A DNA stretch of 63,900 bases, counting the filler, from Choristocarpus tenellus KU-1152 (Eukaryota > Protista > Phaeophyceae), in assembly GCA_964200185.2 (NCBI GenBank). It is 8 parts of 8 records of this genome, joined end to end, with 100 filler letters (N's around TTAATTAATTAA, not from the genome) between each part and the next. Parts side by side here need not be neighbours in the genome. Positions count along the whole stretch, not along the records: positions 1 to 12,966 come from CAXNAD020001632.1; 7 more parts are not named here. One strand, written 5' to 3'. The first letter of the stretch is position 1. Every line of letters begins with the position of its first letter. A model generated the notes under the pieces. The model ran no database searches. It was not told the origin of the DNA and worked only from the letters and a program-made list of their open reading frames with translations. This document shows, piece after piece, positions 1-12,932 of this stretch. The translations under genes were made by a program, and so were the position numbers.

Positions 1-28
1 TATATCAGCATGAAGGGGAGTGAGCTGA

Positions 29-307
29 GACCCATAGTATCCTAAGGGGTGGGTGGGTAGGGGTTAACCCAGGTCGTCCGTTCAGGGATTGATGGGGTGC
101 TATATGATACCCCAGTTTGATACCCGTGTTGTGAGTGATTTTCCATCAAATTTGATCACAGCAGAGGAATGGAAAGAATGGTGCATCAAGATGAAGGAGA
201 TTGCCCTTACATCTGACACGTTCACCCCCCAAAATGACGTGAAAATCGCTAACGGGTCGCAAAGGCTCCAAACGCATGCCTGACCCCCCACTAAGATTCT
301 ACATGCC
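29..307 (+). mobile_element. MITE family C, copy 1
   Basis: Starts GACCCATAGTATCCTAAGGGG and ends CCCCACTAAGATTCTACATGCC; TSD TGA; colinear with 12399-12661. Confidence 0.75.
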
Positions 308-855
308 TGAGGATGGTGAATATGTGAAGCGAGAGTGTCAACATTTGCAGGCACAGCATGAGTACTCCATCCGCAGTTTGGATCATTATTCACCAAAAAA
401 AAGATCAGGGCATGGTGTAAATGAGTCTGTTTATTAAGAAAACAGATTAATTTACATTCAACCGGAAAAAAATCTTAGCAAACATACCAAGTACGCTTGA
501 TGTGTTAGTAATGGGTCAGTCTACAGGTCCGAATTCGTCTGATTTTCTTCTTTCCCCATATAAAAAAGCTATGTCTAACTTGCCAAGTCTTTGAGAGTGT
601 GACACGTCTCCAGCATGCTGCTATGAAGACTCCTGGAAATCAGACCCCTTCAAGATACTATTAGGGACACAAACTTGAAGAACTTCGCAAAGCTTGTTCA
701 GCTTCATGAGATGGAGTCATTTGCCAAGAACCTGTTTGTGTTGCATCAAAACCAAATTCATCTCCCTACCCTACTCCTACCCCTCCTTTGAGCGTCTCTA
801 TTTCTACACACTCCCAGTCTTCTAGTGACAAGGCCCAACCCAAACTAATCCTCAC

Positions 856-3800
856 CACTGAGGAAGTTGGAGGAGAGATTTAAAGATCGCAGGTTGACTA
901 GCTGAGAAAAAGATGACGGGATGACCCCTGAGAGTAAATTCTGGGCCAGGGACAGCTTACGCAGACTGATCAAACAACCCATAGATTCTGGGATTGGACC
1001 TTTTGAGGAGGGAGAATGGGATGGAAGTAAAGCATCAGAAGTAGGGTTACGTACACTGGCAATAGAGTTCGTTTTCTTCCAGTGCTTGTTCAGTTCAGGT
1101 CTGTGTAATTTGCGAGTTTCCTCTATACTTTTCTTGGGAGTATTTTCATGCCATGTATGCTATACAACCCAGGATGCATCACATTGTATGAGGTTCAAAT
1201 TTCTTCTGGAGGCGGTACGCCTTGAGATTGGTTCATTCATAAATATTTTCCCCCCATGCTAGATTTCTAGTTATAATGGTGACTTTGGCTGGACACACTG
1301 ACCTCTTGCCTGGAAGAATTCTGGGCTCTGTATGAGGAAGTGTGAGCTCTACTTTGTCACTATAAGCTCTTATTGCAAATTTGAGAGCACTGAAGTAGTG
1401 TTCGCTCCTGTCCACACATGTACCAGCTATTAATACACGCTGATGAGGCTCTCGTCTGAGCAAGGTAACATACACATTTTTCCCCCTTCCTTTTCTCATT
1501 GTGTTGCTAAGAAACGTACCCTCAAGTTGGTTCTGGGCAAGGTTCAGGTCAGTGAGTCTCACGCAGTTGCCAATAGAAGGAGGGATGGCCCCTGTGATGC
1601 GAGAGCTGCTCAAGTCCAACTCCCGAAGCCCTGATGAAGTTCATTGATTAAGGACATGAATGCTCAAACTGTGTATGTAGTGGCAGTTGCTCTAAAGGTC
1701 AGGTAATTGGTGAGCAAAGGGTTTATCAGAGGTGGACTGGGGGTTAGAATGCACGAAGACTGTGCTGAGCAATAATTTTGGGCATACAGTCTCTTGCAAG
1801 GCATACACTCTTCTTCAATCTGCCATGTGAAACAGGTTTAGCTGTAGATATCTAGTTGTAGGGGGACAGGAAATGAGGTGAGCGGAAGAATGCTATGTGC
1901 TAACACTCTCAGAAATCAGCAGTTGTCTCATTCTGATTCCAGAATTTGCCTTGAGCTGATGACTGTATGCTAAAGTGTGATAAACTAGCATCACACATGT
2001 TGAGAATTTCCAGAGCTGCAGAAGCACTACCGACTGCTCTTACACATAAGAACACCCTGGTGGTCGTGTCCACCAACAGGGGTGTCTGTCGTGTGCAAAA
2101 GCCAAAGTTAAAGGTGCAACCAACTTTATAGTAGCTGGAGACCAGTACTTTGTGGACAACTGGGCTTCATTATGCGGAGAATGTTAAGGACAAAAACCTA
2201 GTTGAAGCTGATTCGCACCCAAAACGAAATCACTGGTGGCTGCTGCGCCTGGCATTGTTCCTGGGTTCTGGTGTCGTAATTTGAGGATTGGAAGGCTGGA
2301 TTTTCCCCTCCTGGTATTGGCAATTTCTACTAGCATTTTCCACGAGCTAGTTGGATGGATAATTTTTCTTGAGTGGATGGATACCCTAGTGATTTCTGTA
2401 CCTTGTGAACTTGGTGCTGGTGCTGGCCTTTGCTGCATGTAGCTGGCAGGCACTTCTCTTTGTTTCTATCGACCCTTTCATTCGGAGTGTGTAGATATTT
2501 TCGTTCTCTCTCTCTGTCCTACTTTTTTCTTCTTTTCCTTTCTTTATTTTTTCTTCTTTTCAGCTCCTTACTTCGTGGTACTCTCTGAACATAGTGTTCA
2601 ACAGACCGGAAAAACTTGTGATAGTAGGAATGTACTGTATAATGCGTAGTATAACATAGTAGTGATAGTTTAACTAATGCCGACTATATTGATGGAAGCA
2701 CTATCAGCAACAATAGAAAAGTGCAGATAATGAACGTGATAGTGATAGTGTAACTAATGCCGACTATATCAATGGAAATACTATCAGCAACAATAGCAAA
2801 TTGCAAAGGGTGCAAACAACGAAAGTGATGACTGTGAAGATAACAATATTGTGTCACCCGCATTATTTCTTAGTCCATAATAACTCCTCCACCGTCCAAA
2901 CATCATACAGATGGATGCCAAAAAACACACAGTTGTTATGTTTCTCTTTCCCCTAGAGGCAGATTTACCTCTCAGCTGTCCCAGGTTTTCTGGGATTGGG
3001 CCTTCAATGTATGTAGCCCCCAATCGAATGCACTCCAGAAATCTCATATCACATAGCTCTGTTGGGAGTTGACCTGCAGGAAGTTAGAATGTATTCATAG
3101 TTAGTTGCGAGTGGTAAGGGGAGAAAGTCCTTCTAAATTCATTGCTTCAATGAAGGTCAATGTTCTGGAACCTCAGGGGGATACACGTATACTCTACTAT
3201 GCACAGCTAGCTCTCCTTTACCTGACAATTCTACTCCTAGAATGAAGAAATAGTCAATTTCACGATTAACAGTAGGTTTTGGCACATTTTCTTTGACAGA
3301 TGTTGCAAAAAGAGAAATGCCAATGCTGCCGAACTCAACTATACTCCCCCTTCTGTTCGATGATCCTATCAACCACTGACGAACAACATAATTTCGAAAA
3401 TCCCTCCCGCAATGTACACTCCAAATGCCATTGACTATGTTGGTGGGGTAGATACTATATTTACACAGCGCTTTGTCCTCTGATACTACAAACTTCCGCC
3501 GTTGCTGCCCTACATAATTGCTTCTGGACACTTTATCTCTTCCTTTCCCAGGAACAGCAATTAAATGTATGCAATTCTTCAAAGCTGTCCCTTCTATTGA
3601 AGTATTGATCTATCTTCCCTTGCCACCTCCAATCTCGTTATTGGACAGGTCCAGTACAATGAGGTGTGAGAGGTCTCGCATTGCGCCCCCGGGGATTCTT
3701 CCGACCAGCTCGTTCCCAGACATAGTCATACCCTCCACGTGTGACCCTGGGCACTGGACACCACTCCATACCCAAGGGTGACTGAAATATTGTGGTTTGG

Positions 3801-6157
3801 TTGGTTGGATGAACATTATTGATGATGACACGCTGTGACTATGTAGCATGTGCTCAAGAGAATATCATGTGAGAGAAGCTGATGTTCCAAAGACTCGTGT
3901 ATGTAAATGGCTTGATTAATTCCTTATTGGTTTGAACAGGTTGTAGATGAAGGTAGGAGAAAGGAGGAGTAGGCTTTCAAGCCCAAAGGGGGGGGGTCAT
4001 TGACACCAAATCAATCCTATTCTATGAATCAGTAATCACTATTCACAGATTATTTCCTATAATGTTTCTTATTCCTGAAATCTCCCATATTCTAGCTCTT
4101 AAGTCCATGCATATCTTCTAGTCTTCAGAACACAAACATGGTCTCTTCCATCCTTAGATTGTTCCTTATAGAATCTTTTTTTACACATGAACAAAAAGCA
4201 TATTCTTGACAAGTAAAAAAAAATACGGAAGAAAATTCTCCAAGATGACGGTATTTGAAAAATTGAAGATTGCATGGGGCGTGATACGACCAATAAATAA
4301 TAATATTAAAATCGGTACGTTATGCACATTTTGAGTCAAACAGAGAATTGTTCAACTTGTAACCTCCCCTCTCCCTTCCCTCTGTGCAATGTTTCTTCTG
4401 AGCTGTGAAAGAGCAGAAATAACATTATATTTTTTTTCTGTGGGAATCTTTCATCGGGAAGATGGGGATAAAGTGTCCAGTAGGACAGCATCCAATTCCT
4501 GAAATAGAAAGAAGTGGAGAAATTGGGATAAACAAATCTGTGCTACATGAGACACGTTTCTCCAGACTTGCAGATGGCAATTTAGCTTGATGGTAGTGTG
4601 GTGACGATGGCAGGAGCAGAGCAAGAGGAATTGGAATAGACAACATTCCACTACATAGTGTGCATACACGTTTTCCTAGTTTGGCAATACATACTAATAT
4701 ATGAAATGAATTCAATGTTTGGGGTAGAGGTATGGATGATAAAGAGGAATTTTGCTGAACAGTACAACGGATTTCACATCGTACTTGACACATATATTTT
4801 TTGTGTATAGCGTCGATTCTTGGAGATCCCTAGGCACTAGACGGACAACAAGCCTTCATTCGAAATCACCCTGCTCTTGGCACCAACTTTCGAAAAATAC
4901 TTATCAAATTAGAATTTTGGGGCACTATCCTAATGAAATATTTCCATTGTTGCGTACAATTGTGGTGTTTGCTTCAATTCTCACCACGAGAATGGCAGCA
5001 CTCCACTTTTGCAAGGTGTTGCATCCCGACCCATCCACCCTGCCTTGTTTCTCCAGCGTTCCCCTGCACAAGGAAATGTGATTTTTGCACTTTTTGTGAC
5101 CCTTTTGTGCTCTAAATTGAACTCATTGCTGAGCAGTGATTGTAAAGGGACTGCATGAGTTGTCGAATTTCCGTACCCAGTGTTGAATGTGTTTGGGATT
5201 CTATTATTGTTTGCATGGATTGTATGTCCTGGTGCACTGCCTCATAGTAGGTCCCTAACTTCTTGGATGAAGGACTGACAAAGTTACCATGCCGATCAGC
5301 TTAATAGGAAAACCCTAAGGTGGAATTAAATGAAGAGTACTCAGTATGTTGAGAATCCATTAAGGGCAACACGCAATATGTGTAACTATGTCCAAGTTTC
5401 CTTTTGTCCTTGTTGGCAACAATCACACACATAGTTTGACAAAATTATACTTGGAAAGCACTTGTGAAACTACTCCAAACTTTTTCATGTAGTCTCCCCC
5501 CCCCATCCTCACTTTTTCCAAATTAGACATGCAATTCTGATAATGTTTTTCTGTTTTCTCCAGAACTTGAAGTATTAGAACGATGCCATGCATGGGAGTA
5601 GAAAGGTTGCGATGTTGACATTGGTACTTTGCCACTCTGACCCAAAGTATCTTGGGGGGGGGGGATTTCTACACCAGGGTGTCCATTTGGACCAAAATCA
5701 GGAGAAGTGCATTTGCATTATCCATCCGACGTATGCAACCAAATCAAACAAAAATCGCGACATGGAATAAAATTGGCCCCAAATGGACAGCCTCCACTCC
5801 ACTCCCCTCCAGATACTTTGAGCCTCTGAGTATATGACATCGGAGCACCTTGCATATTCTTGCCACGTCATATATCCCATATAGTAGAACTCTACTCCGT
5901 CTACCTCTTTTCTAGTAATGTCCTGTCAATGACTACTTGCCTTGAAGTAGTGACCAATGACCAAAGTATTTCACAACCCCTTGCTGCCCCCCCACAAACC
6001 CTGGGGTGGCTATGAAAAATGCTCTCCACAATCATGCAAAGTGAAAAGACTGTTGGTATGCAAGGTCTGTCGAACACACCATGCATATCTTCGAAGAAAT
6101 TTTGAAGTGCCTGGATCTCTTTCTGAGGTGGACATTTAGGTCTTGAGTACTCAATCC
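856..6157 (-). CDS. Multi-exon leucine-rich-repeat protein with N-terminal cap (LxxLxLxxNxLxGxIP type); both ends uncertain
   Basis: GT-AG exons join in phase: ~6157-6080 (PKCPPQKEIQALQNFFEDMHG), 5063-4985 (ERWRNKAGWMG...PFSC), 3781-3627 (HPWVWSGVQC...LDLSNNEIG), 3073-2969 (GQLPTELC...ENLGQLR), 1630-1520 (GLRELDLSSSRITGAIPPSIGNC...NQLE), 999-856 (GPIPESMGCLISLRKLSLAQNLLSGVIP...SNFLS). A candidate first exon lies at ~8295-8212 with a GTGAG donor. Confidence 0.88.
2660..2805. repeat. Tandem duplication, period 80 bp, two copies
   Basis: AGTGATAGT.TAACTAATGCCGACTATAT..ATGGAA..ACTATCAGCAACAATAG occurs at 2661 and 2741. Confidence 0.85.
3190..3582 (-). mobile_element. Possible LINE AP-endonuclease remnant in an intron; a related inverted fragment lies at ~4450-4680 (+)
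   Basis: The two fragments share GATAAAGTGTCCAG in opposite orientation. Translations contain ...GISLFATS...YFFILG...GKG..AV and LHETRF...CGDDG...RGIGI, resembling APE motifs. Confidence 0.35.
4111..4211 (+). repeat. Dispersed ~100-bp repeat, second copy at 55764-55864
   Basis: Shared TCTTCAGAA.ACAAA...CTTAGATTGTT...AGAATCTT.TTT.ACACATGAA.AAAAAGCATATTCTT.ACA. Confidence 0.8.
5639..5824 (+). mobile_element. MITE family A, full copy (~185 bp)
   Basis: TIRs GACCCAAAGTATCT / AGATACTTTGAGCC, G/C tracts, subterminal GTCCATTTGG / CCAAATGGAC, TSD TCT. Confidence 0.9.
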
Positions 6158-7029
6158 CTGTAGCTCGTAGGTACAGCCCTTTAAGTGTAATCTTGAAGCA
6201 ATGACAGCGGAGGGAAAATAGCGCTCCGTGATTCATTTCTATTTGCTACATTATCAGGGTCTGGACGAGGGAGTGTGGGGGGGAGGGTGGGGGATAGCTA
6301 AAAATGATGGCAGAAAGGCTCAAAGCATGTATATAGTGTGAAGGAGAATCATGTCAGGCTCATAACCTGTTGGAACCTGGGATTGGATGAATCATGCTCT
6401 TGTAAGATGACAGGTTGGTCGTGGTGAAGGGGTGTCATAGTGCCATAAAGCACCATTGAATTTGTGTTGATGAAGCTAGTGGCATGCTTTTCACAATCAG
6501 GAGTTGTGTGGTACAGCAATGTAGGGTATTCCTTGGTACATTCAAATGAAGAGATTCATGCTCTGTGTAGAGGCTTGTCACCTTGTGAAGAAGGGTTTTG
6601 TGCATGTTTCAACTCTGAATACATGGCATCCAGTTGTGTATCAGGTACACTTAGTGCAGAGAGAGCTAGCTTGGTGTCTTAGTGGGGGCAAGTCCAACCA
6701 GGAAAACGAACAAACAATATTTGAGATACAGCTGGTAGTGCTGTTGTGTAGATAACAACAGTGAAGAAAGACTAAGAAACAAACTTGCATCAATATCTAG
6801 GACAGCTCATGTGGCATATACTTTGACTGATAGATGTCGACTTTTCCATACTTGCTATGAACCATGGAGATATAACAGTGATTGATGATCCTATGATGTA
6901 GTGGCAATGATGTAAAAGGTGAGTAACAACCAGTACTGATGTGTGAATCAACAGTCAGTATGAACTGGTAAAACTGTATGATATCAATAACAAAAAAGAC
7001 GCATAGCCTATGTTTCAACACCTCTAGGA

Positions 7030-7600
7030 TTATAGTAGCACATCAAGGTGAGGAAACCACGAGTTTTGTTCTGTAAAAATCAATATTACAAGATCAAAGT
7101 CATACAGAGAAAGAATGTTGCTCTGTAACCTCTGAAGGATAGACTGAACTCTCAACCATTTGCTGCCTAGGTCTCCCATGACATCTTGTTGTTTGTATGC
7201 CAGGATAAGGTACCCGATTCCCCACTCACCAACTCTTTCTTTACATCTTGCCATTGCTTTTCCATCCGCCTAGTCACTTTTTCTGGACTCTTCCCAAAGG
7301 TTTCCCTCTCCCGTTTCATATCCTGAGTGAGAATTGGATTTGCAAGAGTTACCCAAGCTTGCAACATTGTATTGTGCGTCAATTTCTATGTCACATGTGC
7401 ATATGCACAGGAGCTGCCTGCCCTGCAAGCATTCCAATATACCCAGAGCAGAGAAACTTACCTAGAATATTCATATTTGCGCCTTTTCTTTCCTAAGGGT
7501 TTCTTTCATTTCTTGTTAATGACAATGTACCTACCGAGACATATAAGGGCCTTCTTTTTTACTCCTAGCAACGACATAATTTCGTGTTGTGCTACGACAA
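7030..7600 (-). mobile_element. Possible decayed LINE RT remnant
   Basis: Minus-strand ...KK..G.....EYSR*VSLL and QDVKKELVS...TLSW resemble NYR.ISLL and DL.KAYD.V. The sequence is very degenerate. Confidence 0.3.
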
Positions 7601-8295
7601 CTCCCAGGTACAACAATAGGAATAGTTTCGGACACACACGTGTATACTTCATAGATGGGATCACTACATGGAAAGAATTAACTATCCAAAGACTTGTTTC
7701 AGCATATAGAAGCATAGTACACTGAAGCAAAAAAAATGTTTTGAACAGGGTATAGGTATGATATGTCAGTGTAAGCCTTGTGATACAAGCCAGGGTGCAT
7801 TATGATCGCACATTACACAATGTTTCCAATGCACCTCACAACATTTTTTACAGAGAACTAGCCTAGATATGTGTACTTCGACGAGCATGAAAAGTCGAAG
7901 ATGGAAAGGAGAATCCTTGACACGCCATCACCTCGACATGTTTTCCTCCTAAGAAGAGTGGGCTGAACCCTAAAGCTCACCGCCACATTGCCTATACTAG
8001 GGTGAACCTAAGAAATGATGCGCTCATGAAAACCTTTCAAAGTACTGGGAGATAATTCTAGACAAGATTTATGAATTAGGAGAGCAGCAAGGTTCAGTGC
8101 TGTAATGCCGAGAAAGGGAACCGTCCCATCGCTTGGGGAATACTTCCATGAGGGAGGGATCCACCAACTCATTACATGGGCGTTGTTCCCATGTTGCTGG
8201 CATGAGCTCACCGTAATGGTTACAGCGATGACTTCCAACTCGAACTTGATGGCCAGGCTGTCTACCGATTGGGTCTTGATCAGGCTTGACGCCAT

Positions 8296-8808
8296 CCTTC
8301 TAAAGTCTCCTGGTTTGAGATGTTTGTATGGACAGTTATACTACTAGTACCGTACTTGGAGTATTATGAAACTGTCATTCAAATTGAGCCGTACTTGAAA
8401 CCTCCTCTCAACTATCGTTCGAGCAACCAGTACAGAGCAGTAGTCGACGCCAAGTGTGCATATAACCCAAGGTTCTTCTAGGAGTGGAAAAACACGGATC
8501 AGTGCACGAAGAAGTATTCAGATCCTATTCCAGGGGATCGACATATTGCCCGCTGAAGAGTAGAATCACATAGAACGATACAATCTGGTACTTTACCCAG
8601 GTTTTCACACAATTGAGGGAATCCCAGCTTCTAAAACAAAGGTGGCACGGACTTCATACTATCCGTGTCGTAGTTGTGTTGTGTGCGCTAGAGAAACTTT
8701 GGAGATTATCTTAACTGGAACCCAGGAACGTCATATTTGGAGACGGTCATGTGGTGTAGGGTCAACTGACCGTGCGTGAACTCCTGCCAAAGTCGTGAAA
8801 CGTAGGAA
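8296..8808. promoter_or_regulatory. Putative bidirectional promoter (LRR gene / dynein heavy chain)
   Basis: About 0.5 kb between the candidate first exon on the minus strand and the dynein ATG, with a dense CpG cluster. Confidence 0.45.
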
Positions 8809-11344
8809 ATGGGTGGACAATCGAAGCGACGCTTGAGTGCGGCACCAGTATGTGTCGACAGGAGGTGGGACTGGTTACTAGGGCAGGTGAGGGACCTAGC
8901 GTGGGATGGTTTGTATGTTGCCTGCTACTAAAAAGTACAGGATTGGAACGGCATACGATCTGTGCTGTTGGTCATAGAATCACTGCAAAAGGAGGCCCAC
9001 TTCTTCGCTATACAGGATTGATATGGTACATTCTAAACTTCACTCACGACTTGTGACAATGGACAAGTCCTTTTGAGTCAGCGAGATCATGCTATCACCA
9101 CCAGACAACAAAATAGTATATTGGGGTAAGAGTATAGTAGTTTGTGAGTGTTCCCAAAGTACCTACGAGGTCTTCCACAAACTAGGTTATTCATGGATAC
9201 CGTCTTAGTCACTGCAGTACGGGCAAACTCACTATATTATGAGGAGAAATAGCTGGCAGAGCTTCAATTGTTCCCTACAATGACTGATGGGCTGCAGCAG
9301 CCCACATATATTTTTTCCACACCTGCTGCACAAGGAAAAATGGTGCATGCACAGAGGTCTATATCTACATTCCTTCGATCAGATGTACCCTTGTTCCACA
9401 CTGTGCAGGTGGCACTCTCATTCCCAAATGTTACAAACCAGATCTTGAGGACATTTGGCACAGATGAAGCAGTTCTTGGACGCGTGAATGAATTTTTTGA
9501 TGGTGCGGAGGATGCAACTTCCTGTCTATACTTCGTTGAAGGCAAAGACAAATTTGCATCTCTGAGGTCGGTATCTGGTCAGAGAGGAGATTTGCTTCAG
9601 ACAAGGCTAGACTGAAATTTACATCCTTTCATATACTCAGGTATTTTTTTTGTATAGGTGGTAACCTTTGAATCTCTCAAACCACCATACTTTTTCCATG
9701 TTGATGTTCTGAATGACATTGTTGGAACCAGGGTGGATGTGGTGCCACCAGTCAACTCCAAGTCTGTGTGTGTTTACGCAGTGAAGCTGGAGCCTCGGGC
9801 CGTCTCGAGTGAAACCTTTGACGAGGAGGTGCGGACATATTATACCACTGCAGTGTGCAAAAGAAGAACACACAGCTGTAGGGATGTATGGAGTACCAAT
9901 AAACAGTAACTTATGCAAGCATATAGAACTAGCCTTTTCCCGACTCAAAACCATTTCTAGACTAAGGAGCAACATTGACAGTTCTTTTTTCTTTCCTTGA
10001 TTTTATCAAAGAAATACACAAGGTAGCAGTAGATCTTTCCCTGAACATATAAAAAAATCAACAATGTCCAAATTGCAGTACCCATCGAAGTGTAGTTAGT
10101 AGTTACTGGAAGGAAGGCTAGTTTGTTGGAGTGAAGGTAGCTGTGTCCTTGGGTGTGGCAAATTTTTGCAAAGGTTTTCCTTTCATCCTCATGTTTTTGC
10201 GAGTCACAGTAGATATTTATTGCTGCATGCTGATCAGTGTCTCCATTGCAATCCACAATCTCAGTGTAGTCCAGAGAGGCTCAAAGTATCTGGGAGGGGG
10301 TGGCAGGTGTCCATTTAGGGTCAATTTTTTTCATGTCACGATTTTTGGGTGATTTAATTGCATACATTTGATGAACAATATAAGTGCACTTTTCCTGGTC
10401 ATGGCCCAAATGGACACCCTGGTGTAGACCCCCCTCCACCCCCTAGATACTTTGGGTCAGAAGTAATTTGAGAATAAGATAAGATGGCAGTCACACTGGT
10501 AAAGAAATCTTTCAAAATAGAGCTCGTGGAATATTGCCAAAGCTCCAAATGTTGCTGCCTATTTTGCCTGATTACATGAAATATTGAAGTATCCTCCTCT
10601 CCAGTCCTAATTATTATTCCGTACATAGAATAGAGCAGTTCACCTGTTCCTACTTTGTTTCGCATTAGACTACTTCTTGGGCAAGAATATTGGCCTCCAT
10701 ATTTGTGCGAGGTGGAACCTGTCCACAATAAGAAAATCACCTCTACAACCTAGCCTTCATTGAGTGACGTCAAGAGAGAGAGGTGGTAGAGATGGATTAG
10801 AAAAGGAAGGAAATATATTGGGTTGTAGTTGTTAGAATCAGTGTTGGAATCAGGGGAGAGCTATGAGGGTCAGCGAAAAATTGACCTAACTGGTGTTTGG
10901 CAACAAAACAATATTGGTGATATATTGAATATTGTAAGTGTGTACTTAGAGCAGTGGGTTTTGTTGGGGATATCGTGTAAATCACTAGTAAGATGATTGA
11001 TGTTTTTCAAACCCATACCATCCCTCCAACCATGCTGTGGTAAAAACATTTCCTACTTTGATCAGCAATAAATGACCAGGCTACGTCGCCTTGTTTGCTG
11101 TAAGTGTTCCCAGGTCAAGTTTGTCTGCATGTGCTTCGTGATTAGCTCGCTGGGTATTGAAGAAGAGCAATACATTTCTCATGCATATGCTCCAACAATG
11201 CCCTATATCCAGATCATAGTAGGAGACATACCAGCTTCCACTGGAGCACTAGCACACATGTCTCGTGTTACCCAGGATGTGTACAGTCGCCTTCTCAAGG
11301 CCCACATCAAGGAGAAGGGTTGGGGAGACGTGGTGTCCTCTCAG
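8809..11344 (+). CDS. Axonemal dynein heavy chain (outer-arm beta-like), first four coding exons; truncated by the contig end
   Basis: Exons 8809-8886 (MGGQSKRRLSAAPVCVDRRWDWLLGQ), 9409-9570, 9658-9828 (...KSVCVYAVKLEP...) and 11213-11344 (IIVGDIPASTGALAHMSRVTQDVYSRLLKAHIKEKGWGDVVSSQ). All are phase-0 GT-AG joins. The GD..PL.HL...EVY.PLL...GW..VVS pattern resembles the N-terminus of DNAH9/11/17 and ODA4-type chains. Confidence 0.7.
10278..10458 (-). mobile_element. MITE family A, full copy
   Basis: Reverse orientation, TSD AGA. Confidence 0.9.
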
Positions 11345-11523
11345 GTATGGAATGTGTGTTTAAGAGGCAGACATCTGATGTGAGGGTAGGGGGAGAGGGG
11401 GAGGAGAAGTGGCGAGAGTGAAGAGGTGTGGACTCAATATGGTGAGGAGAACAAGGGATTAGGAAGGTACAATGGAAGGGTCTTGGATGAGGTTATGGGG
11501 TGAGTGGAGAGGGGAAAAGAATG

Positions 11524-11777
11524 GAGTCAAAATATCTTAGAGGGTAGAGTCGCGTCCATTTGGGGCCAAAATCCAATGTTGCGATTTTGATATATTTTGG
11601 CTATCATTATTGTTAAGTGTCAGCATCCTTGTTCCAGACACACCTTTTGATAATGTATGCATTTTACCTACTCCGAAACATTTTGGAGCAGGTAAAAGTC
11701 AATAAAAAAAACAGGGGAAGCCAAGCCCCAAATGGACAAACAGGGCAATACTTGTATCCTCTAAGATACTTTCACTC
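11524..11777 (-). mobile_element. MITE family B, full copy (~255-265 bp)
   Basis: TIRs GAGTCAAAATATCTTAGAGGG / CCTCTAAGATACTTTCACTC, TSD ATG. Confidence 0.9.
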
Positions 11778-12398
11778 ATGAAAAGGTCCCATGGATGCTG
11801 AGGATTCGGTCTAGGGCTAGGGTCGAATTTAAGGAATAAATCGGACACCTCTAGGAATAGGGATATGTTGAATTTCCAGATGCAAAGTTGTACCCTGGAG
11901 TAGCTGATGAGGAAGTGAATGGTGTGGTTGAGAGGGAAGTGTGGCTTGGTTGTTTGGGAAGCAGGACCCAGTCAGGATGGTAAACTTCTGCTCCAAACTT
12001 GTACATCTCACGCATACAATAACCCAATACCAATCTCTTCACATCATACCATATCACACAACAGTAAACTCGACTCTTTTGGGGCTGATGTCCAAATATG
12101 GACATCCCAAGTATTAGATATTGATACTTTATTGCTACCCGCAAAGCTGTGGGTACATGAAACTACTGTCATACTGTTCCCCTTCCCCCCCTCCCTTCAC
12201 AAGTACCCCTGTAGAGATCACAGAAACAAACTCGTGTATATTCATTTTTTGTTAGAATGCCTCTACCTGAAGATTTTGAAGAGATCACACAGGTTGCCGT
12301 TGTGTGAATTAGGTTATGGCTTTGATGCTGCCAAGCCATTCAACCATCTACTCAGCCAGAGAAAATATTTTTTTGGGGGTTGCTACGGTCAAGCATCT

Positions 12399-12661
12399 GA
12401 CCCATAGAATATTAGAGGTGGGGGTATTTAGCCCAGGATGTCCGTTCAGGGTTTGTTGGGTTGTTGTATGATACCCAAGTTTGATGCCTGTTTTCCGGGT
12501 GATTTTCCTTCGGATTTGGTTCAGGCACAGGGGGTGGAAAAGAAAGGTGCGTTTAGATGAAGGAGATTGTACTTACATCTGACACGTTTAACCAGATGAC
12601 ATGAACAGGTTCACACAGGCCTCGTATGGATGCCTGACCCCCCTCTAGGATAATCTGGATC
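12399..12661 (+). mobile_element. MITE family C, copy 2
   Basis: Shares GTCCGTTCAGGG, ATGATACCC, GATGAAGG, CTTACATCTGACACGTT and ATGCCTGACCCCC with 29-307; flanked by ATCT. Confidence 0.75.
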
Positions 12662-12932
12662 ATCTAGATAGTGAGTGCAAGAAATTTCAAGGAACTTCCG
12701 CCCTTCCCAAAAGTGGTCCTTGAGGTAGTTAGAAAGCTCTGTTTTACTTTGCACATTACAGTCTCCTCTTCAGCTCTTTTTGTCATCTTACCCTAAGGTC
12801 TGTCTGTCATGGTTCTTCTTTCAGAGTTCCATTGACTTCTGAACCTTACCACTCTCCAATATCTTTTGATAGTCAGGAGCCTTTCTTGCTTGACCAATAA
12901 CTTGAGTGTCAATGCCAAAAGGGCTATGTAGT

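Noticed and set aside
660-731. Terminal exon of the LRR gene (GSWQMTPSHEAEQALRSSSSLCP*)
   Set aside because: An acceptor is present but the peptide does not continue the LRR pattern, so it cannot be supported without transcripts.
2660-2805. CRISPR-like repeat-spacer array
   Set aside because: There are only two imperfect 80-bp units in a eukaryotic intron, with no unique spacers and no cas genes.
11072-11383. AP-endonuclease motifs AYAPT...IIVGD
   Set aside because: AYAPT lies in the intron, and IIVGD starts a clean dynein-like exon with AG/GT borders.
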